IMG/VR virus record: IMGVR_UViG_3300027143_000001
Coordinates: 1 to 64,000 of that record
DNA length: 64,000 bases
Strand: one strand, 5' to 3'
Source of the DNA: a virus
Shown: positions 26,531-33,912 of the stretch, in pieces
Position numbering within the stretch: position 1 is the stretch's first letter
Layout: every line of letters begins with the position of its first letter
Notes under the pieces: model-generated
The model's input: the letters and a program-made list of their open reading frames with translations, nothing else
The model's database searches: none
Told to the model about the DNA's origin: nothing
Translations under genes and position numbers: made by a program

Positions 26531-27151
26531 TTAGCGTTTAAAGGATATCTTCCAGTAAGATGACAGCGAGTACGTCATGACACCTCTTGTGTCAAGGCCT
26601 ACGCTTAAGCCAAACACCTGGTCTTTTTTATTCTTGAACAACATCCCTGCCTGCACACTGGATATAGCAACAGGATAGGTGGCACCAATGGCACCACCCA
26701 CAAACACCTGTCGCTTAGGTGGTAGAGGAATAGTCTTAGTGATAGTAATCGTAGGGATCTTGTAATTATGGATATACATACGTTCTGCAAGCATGTTCTT
26801 GCGGACGGTATCTGTCAATACCAGTGTGCCTATAGAGTCAATGTATATGGTGTCACGATAGATGTTTTTGACAGCGTATCGATTGACAAGCTGTTCAAAC
26901 TGTTTTTTAAGTGTTGCATAGTTTGTGTCAGGAACCATCCACGGTTCTTTGACATACTGTATGTCTGTTTTGTATACAGGTACGCGTTGCACCTCTGTCT
27001 TAACAACTTCCTTGTACAAGGTGTCCACATGGACACTTGGCTCAGGGGTGGACACTTCCTCACACTTAGGCGTGCACGCACGTTGTAAGAGAATAATAAA
27101 AACCAGGACCAGAATGATCCCGGTGTAGAAGCTGGTTTTACGGTCTATCAT
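26531..27151 (-). CDS. membrane-anchored lysis accessory (spanin-like candidate)
   Basis: N-terminal TM, DT repeats, C-terminal amphipathic beta strands; lies between holin and endolysin. Confidence 0.6.
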   Translation of the reverse strand: MIDRKTSFYTGIILVLVFIILLQRACTPKCEEVSTPEPSVHVDTLYKEVVKTEVQRVPVYKTDIQYVKEPWMVPDTNYATLKKQFEQLVNRYAVKNIYRDTIYIDSIGTLVLTDTVRKNMLAERMYIHNYKIPTITITKTIPLPPKRQVFVGGAIGATYPVAISSVQAGMLFKNKKDQVFGLSVGLDTRGVMTYSLSSYWKISFKR

Positions 27152-27156
27152 AGGGG

Positions 27157-27612
27157 TTAGATATCAGGCGTCGCCTCTTGTTTTTTGGCGGCCTTGGTTT
27201 TTGGCTTAGGCTCAGAGTCTTCTCCCATAGCGTCAACAAGGTCATCGCTCTTGCGTCCAATCAAAGACTTGATTCGACTCCATATGTCCTGCTTAGTTAC
27301 CGCTTCAATGCTTTCAATGATGCTCTTGAATTCTATAATGGCAATCACGGTGCCTACCAGTTTAGCTATGGGTAACATTTCTGTGATGACATACTTCTCA
27401 ATGAGAAAAGAGGAGATGATTGCCAATTGATACAGCAAAAGCTTGGTGACTGTGTCACTCATTCGTCTTGAGCGAATGCGTTGTTTGAGCTTCATGGCTT
27501 TCCATAAACCAACCACCAGGTCAGCGAATACTAGGAAACCTATGGTCAGCATCAGTTCTTTGATCGGTAGTAAAACGGACAGTGACGCCAATAACCAGAT
27601 CTTGGTTTTCAT
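27157..27612 (-). CDS. holin
   Basis: Three TM segments, D.V.G.WKA...I.S.RM..TV.K...Y, IE..SI.E, basic tail; ATG 27612 (or 27630). Confidence 0.82.
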   Translation of the reverse strand: MKTKIWLLASLSVLLPIKELMLTIGFLVFADLVVGLWKAMKLKQRIRSRRMSDTVTKLLLYQLAIISSFLIEKYVITEMLPIAKLVGTVIAIIEFKSIIESIEAVTKQDIWSRIKSLIGRKSDDLVDAMGEDSEPKPKTKAAKKQEATPDI

Positions 27613-27746
27613 AAGAAATGCAAAGTTCATATTGTAGAGATAAGAAGTACTTCTCCACCACCCTCTACAAGAATATACGGAATTATGGTGACACAGCACG
27701 CACTTTAAAAAACTTAATTAATATGTGCAGATTGTCTGGAAATTAT

Positions 27747-27792
27747 TTTGTAGACTATATGTGCAGGTCTACAATATGCTGTTATATTTGCA
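27747..27792 (+). promoter_or_regulatory. nrdJ promoter with inverted TTGTAGAC/GTCTACAA
   Basis: TTGTAGAC 27748-27755, GTCTACAA 27767-27774, TATATTTG 27783-27790. Confidence 0.65.
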
Positions 27793-27834
27793 GCCCTCAA
27801 TTAAGTACACACACTAATTTTTAATCCCAACCTT

Positions 27835-29754
27835 ATGGCAGAAACACCACTCAGCCCAGGGGACTTGTCGTCTTCAACACCCTGGGGACCAGTAGGTTAC
27901 GTAACCTACAAGCGCACCTATTCGCGCCCAACAAAGAATGGAAAGACAGAAGAATGGCATGATACCATTGACCGCGTGGTTAAGGCTTGCCGCGAGCAGT
28001 TGAACGTAGGCTTTACGCCATCGGAGGAAGCTGCGGTTCGTCATATGATGATGAACCTAAAAGGTACTGTGGCAGGACGATTCCTGTGGCAGTTAGGTAC
28101 AAAAACGGTAGACCGTTTAGGTTTGCCTTCATTACAAAACTGTGCGTTTGTTGTCGTAGACGCACCAATCAGACCCTTCACCTGGACATTTGAAATGCTG
28201 ATGTTAGGTTCTGGTGTTGGATTTAACATCCAACGCGAGCACGTATATCAGATTCCCAAGGTACTGAAGAAAGTAAAGATTGAGCGCAAAGATGTAAACG
28301 ACGCAGACTTCATCGTACCAGACTCAAGAGAAGGCTGGGTAGAGTTATTGCAGCGTGTATTGGAAGCATCATTTGTTACAGGTAAAGGCTTCAGCTTTGC
28401 CACTCATCTGATCCGCTCCAAGGGTTCACCCATCAAAGGATTTGGCGGGGTAGCTTCTGGACCGGAGGATCTGGTCTGGGGCATGACTGCAATCAATGAT
28501 TTGCTGAACACTCGTGCTGGCAAACGCCTACGCCCTATTGATTGCCTGGACATCATGAACATTATTGGCCGCATTGTCGTTGCCGGTAACGTAAGACGCT
28601 CAGCCCAGATTGCCCTGGGTGACTATGACGATTTTGAATTCCTGCGTGCAAAACGCTGGGACCTGGGTGGCATTCCCAACTGGAGAGCGATGAGTAACAA
28701 CTCCGTGATCTGTGATGATGTGACCAAGTTACCAGAAGAGTTTTGGGAAGGATACAAAGGTAATGGTGAACCATATGGCCTCATCAACCTGGAGGCAGCC
28801 CGTCGCATGGGTCGCACCGGGGAGATCCAGTATCCAGACCACGACGTGATGGGATTCAATCCATGCGCAGAGCAGTCCCTGGCAAACTATGAGACTTGCT
28901 GTTTGGCAGAGATATACCTGCCCAACATCACCAGTGTAACTGAATTGTATGAGGTAGCAAGATTGCTGTATCGTATCAACAAACATTCCCTGGCAATTAA
29001 GTGCGCGGTACAGGAAACGGAAGACATCGTACACAAAAATATGCGTATGGGTATTGGAGTGACAGGGTACTTACAAGCTACTGAAGAACAAAAGAGCTGG
29101 TTATCATACTGTTACAAATACCTGAGAGCCTATGACGAGGAGTACAGCAAAGCCAAAGGATTTAATCCTTCTATCAAACTGACTACCGTGAAGCCTTCTG
29201 GTACATTGAGCTTACTGGCCGGTGTGACTTCAGGCGCTCATCCAGGTTATTCGCAGCACTACATCCGTCGTATCCGCATGGCTTCTGACAGCCCGATTGT
29301 ACCTGTGTGCAAAAGTCACGGTTACCATGTAGAGTTCCAACGCAACTTTGATGGAACTGAAGATCACTCAACGGTAGTGGTATCGTTCCCATGTAAGTTT
29401 CCTGAAGGAACTATGTTGGCTAATGACATGACTGCACTGGATCAGTTGGAAGTAATCAAACGCTTACAAGCCGAATGGTCTGACAACGCAGTATCAGTCA
29501 CCATCTACTACCGCAAGGAAGAGTTGGAAACGATCCGTCAGTGGTTGGCTGAGAACTACATCAATGTGAAGAGTGTATCCTTTCTGTTACACAACGAGCA
29601 CGGTTTTGACCAGGCTCCACTGGAAGAGATCACAGAAGAAAAGTACCTTGAACTATCTGCAGGTGTAAAGACCATCTCCAGTTTTGATGACACCATCAAC
29701 CTGAATGACATGGACATCTCAGATTGTGAAGGAGGTGCTTGCCCTGTACGCTAA
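27835..29754 (+). CDS. nrdJ: class II (B12-dependent) ribonucleotide reductase, monomeric RTPR type
   Basis: KRTYSR, LQNC, G.GVGF, DSREGW, GNVRRSA, NPCAE, TTVKPSGT, C-terminal CEGGACP. Confidence 0.95.
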   Translation: MAETPLSPGDLSSSTPWGPVGYVTYKRTYSRPTKNGKTEEWHDTIDRVVKACREQLNVGFTPSEEAAVRHMMMNLKGTVAGRFLWQLGTKTVDRLGLPSLQNCAFVVVDAPIRPFTWTFEMLMLGSGVGFNIQREHVYQIPKVLKKVKIERKDVNDADFIVPDSREGWVELLQRVLEASFVTGKGFSFATHLIRSKGSPIKGFGGVASGPEDLVWGMTAINDLLNTRAGKRLRPIDCLDIMNIIGRIVVAGNVRRSAQIALGDYDDFEFLRAKRWDLGGIPNWRAMSNNSVICDDVTKLPEEFWEGYKGNGEPYGLINLEAARRMGRTGEIQYPDHDVMGFNPCAEQSLANYETCCLAEIYLPNITSVTELYEVARLLYRINKHSLAIKCAVQETEDIVHKNMRMGIGVTGYLQATEEQKSWLSYCYKYLRAYDEEYSKAKGFNPSIKLTTVKPSGTLSLLAGVTSGAHPGYSQHYIRRIRMASDSPIVPVCKSHGYHVEFQRNFDGTEDHSTVVVSFPCKFPEGTMLANDMTALDQLEVIKRLQAEWSDNAVSVTIYYRKEELETIRQWLAENYINVKSVSFLLHNEHGFDQAPLEEITEEKYLELSAGVKTISSFDDTINLNDMDISDCEGGACPVR

Positions 29755-29759
29755 TCAGA

Positions 29760-29793
29760 AAGGGGCTGTAATTTGTGCAGCCCCTTCTTTTTT
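29760..29793 (+). terminator. intrinsic terminator
   Basis: AAGGGGCTG...CAGCCCCTT followed by T run. Confidence 0.85.
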
Positions 29794-29804
29794 AAACCAA
29801 CACT

Positions 29805-30431
29805 ATGAAAGAGTTATATGATTACCTGGTGCGTGAAAAGATCACTCCCAATGGATTGTTCATCCTGCACGCCACCTATCATAATTACATGTACACGGGG
29901 TTTGTCAACTTCAAGCATGAACAGTACAGGCTCAGCCTGACCGGTCATCTGCAAGAACTCAAGACAGATCAGATGCTGTCACCCACGTACAAAATCACTG
30001 ACAAAGGCCTGCACGTTATCAGAGAAGCTGAGAATACCCTTGGCAAAATCAAACGTGCAAAGAAGACCGACGTACCTTTCTCTGAGTGGGAAGCCTATAT
30101 TGAAAAGTATAACAGCTTTTTTCCCAAGGGTAAGAAAGAAGGTTCATCGGTTAGTTTCAGAACCAATCCCAAAGATCTGTTTGAACGGTTCAGATGGTTC
30201 TTCAAAGAGTACCCAGACTACAGCTGGGAGGATGTGCTGGATGCCACGGAAAAGTATGTCCGTGTGTATGAGGAAGCATCAGACTTTACCTTCATGCAGA
30301 CCAGCAAATATTTTATCAAAAAAGAAGACAAGAGCAAAACCACAACCTCAACGCTGGCAGACCTTTGTTACAACATAAAGTCTGGCAACAATGATGATGT
30401 GAGCTCAGGTTTTCACTACTTTGGTCCTTAA
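29805..30431 (+). CDS. wHTH-containing protein, possible replication initiator/helicase loader
   Basis: ITDKG wing motif; C-terminal FP.G...AT..YV...MQTS.YFI.K...S.LAD. Confidence 0.55.
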   Translation: MKELYDYLVREKITPNGLFILHATYHNYMYTGFVNFKHEQYRLSLTGHLQELKTDQMLSPTYKITDKGLHVIREAENTLGKIKRAKKTDVPFSEWEAYIEKYNSFFPKGKKEGSSVSFRTNPKDLFERFRWFFKEYPDYSWEDVLDATEKYVRVYEEASDFTFMQTSKYFIKKEDKSKTTTSTLADLCYNIKSGNNDDVSSGFHYFGP

Positions 30432-30432
30432 T

Positions 30433-30813
30433 ATGAAATCAATTTACATTGACACGGCAACCCAGTTTGTTGGTCAAGTGGATGTGGAAACGACCGCGGA
30501 TATCGATGTGTATCTGCGGTCTTCTACATTCAGAACCAAACACTGTGCGTTCAACGGTATACCTGTGATGGTATACGTCCCTGATGGGATTGCGTTTATG
30601 CCTGCTGAGAAAGTAGGTGACGCTTTTACTTTGGCATTCCTGCCAGATGTGGTTATCTTCAACAGTGCGTTACTGTTCACCAATGACGGCACCAATCACC
30701 GCAGCGATTGCACGGTGAGCGCGGTCGAGATTGCTGAACACTTGCGCATTCTTACAGAAGAAGAAAGAACCAAGGTGTACGACAAGATCTTAAATCCTGA
30801 AGTACCCTTCTAG
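30433..30813 (+). CDS. hypothetical protein
   Basis: ATG 30433 immediately after upstream stop. Confidence 0.65.
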   Translation: MKSIYIDTATQFVGQVDVETTADIDVYLRSSTFRTKHCAFNGIPVMVYVPDGIAFMPAEKVGDAFTLAFLPDVVIFNSALLFTNDGTNHRSDCTVSAVEIAEHLRILTEEERTKVYDKILNPEVPF

Positions 30814-30851
30814 TATAAAGAGATAAGCCTGCTCTGGCTTATATTTAGGGG

Positions 30852-30893
30852 TGAAGTTGTGAGGGGACTGTGATGAGGTCCCCTTGCACTTCA
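30852..30893. terminator. hairpin between convergent units
   Basis: TGAAGT-T-GTGAGGGGAC...GTCCCCTTGC-ACTTCA long stem. Confidence 0.65.
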
Positions 30894-30894
30894 A

Positions 30895-31302
30895 TTATAA
30901 ACCCAGCAGTTTGAAGAACACAGGGTAGAATCCCTCTGTCTCTACTGCACTGAAATCCTCAATGTTGAAGGCGGGATGTTCAATCTCCTCTTCCACTTTC
31001 AGGAGTTCATTCACTGCGTCACGAAGTGTGATGTAGTCCTCATTGACCTTACCATCGACAAACTCAGGTACGCTGATCGCGCCTGTTTCATCTGCTGCAC
31101 CCAGCTCCTTGATCTTTTCGTTGCGCACCGTCTCAAAATTACTTTTGTGTTCAGCGCAGACCTTGGCCAGCTTAGTCAAATAAAACTTAGTGGTTAGAGA
31201 AAGTTTCTGAGAAAGCAGGGCAGCTTGTGTTTCCGTGCCTGTCAGTTCTCCGTGCAGCGCCCATAGTTCTGCTACACTCAGTTTGGTTTTGGTGTTTTCC
31301 AT
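30895..31302 (-). CDS. helical hypothetical protein
   Basis: ATG ORF at end of late unit. Confidence 0.75.
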   Translation of the reverse strand: MENTKTKLSVAELWALHGELTGTETQAALLSQKLSLTTKFYLTKLAKVCAEHKSNFETVRNEKIKELGAADETGAISVPEFVDGKVNEDYITLRDAVNELLKVEEEIEHPAFNIEDFSAVETEGFYPVFFKLLGL

Positions 31303-31307
31303 AGGTG

Positions 31308-31445
31308 TTATCCCTGTCCGTTGTAAAGTTTTTTGTAGTTCTTAGAGCCTTTCAACTGAGAGGCTTTAGTCTTTGCGTGCACGCCCGGACGTTTGCGACG
31401 TGGCTTGGGTGCAAAGTTATTCGAAGTTCCTTTTGCTTTTGCCAT
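31308..31445 (-). CDS. 45-aa very basic protein (not in ORF track)
   Basis: MAKAKGTSNNFAPKPRRKRPGVHAKTKASQLKGSKNYKKLYNGQG. Confidence 0.75.
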   Translation of the reverse strand: MAKAKGTSNNFAPKPRRKRPGVHAKTKASQLKGSKNYKKLYNGQG

Positions 31446-31462
31446 AATTATAGAGAAAAAAA

Positions 31463-33478
31463 TTAGTCTGTTAAGTCAAGTACGTCTGCCACCTGCAGGT
31501 AATCCAGGTCAGGCGTAGTGCTGTAAGCATAAGTTTGCATGTTGCTACCTTCCATACTGTAAGACGGATAACGTTGCCAGGTTTCCCCAGTATCCAACAA
31601 GAACATCATCTTGTATTTGGTACCAAAAGGCTGTTTTATCAGCGGGTTGATAATCTCTGTGTTGTAGAATGCATCCACAAACTTAAAGTGCGTGGTCATG
31701 CCATTCACATAGAAAATGCTTGTTCCACGGTTGCCAGGATCATGAGAGTAACACGCGTTCAGTACGGTAGCTTCATTGGCAAAATCAAACGCACTGTTGT
31801 TGTTGCGGTAGTACATGCGCTGGATCAACTCTTCTCCGTCATTCCAACCGGTATGAAACTGAACAGGCAACGTTGCATGCTGGTATACAGGTGTGTCAAT
31901 GTTGGGTTTGTTACCCAGCAATGTCCACAAGGGTGCATCGTTTGCATCCACGCTTCCGGTGTCAGGCACACAGTAGTTTGTTTGAGGGTCGCACGTAAAA
32001 CCTTGAGGGCAATCTGCATCAATAGCACATGGGCAACCCGAATTACCATTAGGGTTGAGAATAGACTTAAGCCTTCTTCCTAAAGGTCCTCCAGTTCTAC
32101 GCGGAGACCTTGTTCCAAATTTTACATACCCATAATCTTCTGTTTCTAAGACACCATACACGCGCAGTTCTTCTCTTTGATCCCATCCGGTGTGGAACTC
32201 TATGCCGCCATTACCATTAGGATCGTGCATCTGAGAGCCTGGGCCGCGGTAGATCTCACCTCCAGAAGGTTTAGCACCGACTTTCTGCCATTGGTTAGTG
32301 TTATTGATATCAACAACAGAAAGACCCTCAACACACTTGAAACCTTCAGGGCAATCCCCATTTTCCGTGCATTCAAATCGAGTGTAACTAGTACTTACCT
32401 GCAACTGTCGTACTTGCTTGCCTTCAATACAGGTATATCCATAACGTGTTGTCTGAGCGTCACCACCGCAGAAATCATAATTCTGCTGTCCATATACCAG
32501 GTAACTGCTGCCGTCAAACGCAAACTGGTGTAAGGGTCCTACGTCATCTATGGTAAAGGTCATGGGTACGTTTACTGTTACCCTGTAGTTATACGGCTGT
32601 CGACCACGGTCGATGTTGTTCTCTGCTCCACAGGTAGACAATGTTACAGACTTAGTGGAACGCAAAAAGAATCCCAGTCCTGACAGCTTTGTCAGACAGC
32701 TTTCCAGTGTGGTGTATTGTTCTTCTTTAATGTGAAATCCTGCAAGCTTGCACAACTCCGCACGACAAGACTCAATGATGTTGCTCTTACCGCCATCCAT
32801 CATGTATCCATGACCACCAGCGTTAAGCACCGTGCAGTTCTTCAATGCTGAACTGCGTGCACCCAGCATGTAAATGCCATGGTTACGCGCGCCATCCACC
32901 AGCACATTGCTCAGCACTACATCATCAATGAATTCAGTACTGGAAAACGGGCTGCCTTTGATGATGTGCAAACCACCAGCGCCTGTTCTTGTGTATACAG
33001 TGCTCTCGTTGTCATCGTCCACCTCAATCAAAGATGCAAGTCCTTTAAGTTCTATGTCATGCAGTTCAAACCCGTGGCGTGATACCCAGCTCTGTGTTTC
33101 TGCCATCTCAGCGGTAGCACCCACAAAAATGTGGTAGCCTGCGCCCTGCGTGGTCATAAACAAACGGGTCACGCTTTGATCCGTAGTACTTACACCTGCG
33201 CGGCTGACACCCTTGATTTTTACATTGGGTGCGTACACATTGAACATGTTGGTGTTCCCTGCCCCTGTATAACCCAGGGTGATGTTACCAAAAAGCAATG
33301 TGACAGAACGAGTAATGTTAATGGGTGTTCTGAAATTGACACGTCCTGCGTAAGACGTGCAGTCAATGACAGTACCAGGCGCTGCGTTGTTCACAGCGTT
33401 TTGCAGTTTAGCAACAAAGTTCGTTGCTGATACTTGCGGTGTACCAGGAGCAAAGGTTTCAAGTTTTATAGTGGCCAT
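31463..33478 (-). CDS. beta-helix tail spike/depolymerase-like protein with Cys-rich insert
   Basis: LQNAVN..PG N-cap, repeated GIY/G.M/GFH/GFF rungs; two C..DxDCP.GF.C modules. Confidence 0.75.
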   Translation of the reverse strand: MATIKLETFAPGTPQVSATNFVAKLQNAVNNAAPGTVIDCTSYAGRVNFRTPINITRSVTLLFGNITLGYTGAGNTNMFNVYAPNVKIKGVSRAGVSTTDQSVTRLFMTTQGAGYHIFVGATAEMAETQSWVSRHGFELHDIELKGLASLIEVDDDNESTVYTRTGAGGLHIIKGSPFSSTEFIDDVVLSNVLVDGARNHGIYMLGARSSALKNCTVLNAGGHGYMMDGGKSNIIESCRAELCKLAGFHIKEEQYTTLESCLTKLSGLGFFLRSTKSVTLSTCGAENNIDRGRQPYNYRVTVNVPMTFTIDDVGPLHQFAFDGSSYLVYGQQNYDFCGGDAQTTRYGYTCIEGKQVRQLQVSTSYTRFECTENGDCPEGFKCVEGLSVVDINNTNQWQKVGAKPSGGEIYRGPGSQMHDPNGNGGIEFHTGWDQREELRVYGVLETEDYGYVKFGTRSPRRTGGPLGRRLKSILNPNGNSGCPCAIDADCPQGFTCDPQTNYCVPDTGSVDANDAPLWTLLGNKPNIDTPVYQHATLPVQFHTGWNDGEELIQRMYYRNNNSAFDFANEATVLNACYSHDPGNRGTSIFYVNGMTTHFKFVDAFYNTEIINPLIKQPFGTKYKMMFLLDTGETWQRYPSYSMEGSNMQTYAYSTTPDLDYLQVADVLDLTD

Positions 33479-33479
33479 A

Positions 33480-33752
33480 TTACGATAGAGTTAAATTCAG
33501 TTGGTCAGCTGCCCAGATAAACGCTTCTGGTGTTGCATTAGCACCGGTGTTCCAGGTGGTATATGCGGCACCGCTCAGCGTAAGATTACCATTGGTGACA
33601 ATATCGTCATCTGTGGTACGCAGCTCATAATAGAACACGGCCTGACTGTACAGGTCGTCTGCTATTACCCGCAGTAAAAGTTTAGTAGCTGATTGTGTGA
33701 TTCCGTCCTTCCAGATGTTTACCGGAGAGATGTCATTGATCATGTCATTCAT
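33480..33752 (-). CDS. small tail-associated protein
   Basis: FYYEL...GNLTL.G..Y..W...W.A.QLNL; follows tail fibre gene. Confidence 0.7.
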   Translation of the reverse strand: MNDMINDISPVNIWKDGITQSATKLLLRVIADDLYSQAVFYYELRTTDDDIVTNGNLTLSGAAYTTWNTGANATPEAFIWAADQLNLTLS

Positions 33753-33780
33753 TTATACTTGTGAAAAAATAAGGTTGGAC

Positions 33781-33912
33781 TTATGGTGCTGGGTCTGGGT
33801 CAGGTACTTCCTCCCAGATCTCTACATAGTTGCCGTGAGCCTGGGCCTCCTCCAGACTTAGCGTTTCAATATACCCGTTGTCAAATAGCATCCTGTACTT
33901 ATGCATGATCAT
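33781..33912 (-). CDS. 43-aa hypothetical protein (not in ORF track)
   Basis: MIMHKYRMLFDNGYIETLSLEEAQAHGNYVEIWEEVPDPDPAP; TAATG overlap with tail fibre gene. Confidence 0.55.
   Translation of the reverse strand: MIMHKYRMLFDNGYIETLSLEEAQAHGNYVEIWEEVPDPDPAP

Noticed and set aside
14861-29754. Introns or inteins in dnaB, primase, PolB or nrdJ
   Set aside because: Each is one ORF of ordinary length with no intein splice motifs; the GIY-YIG gene is free-standing.
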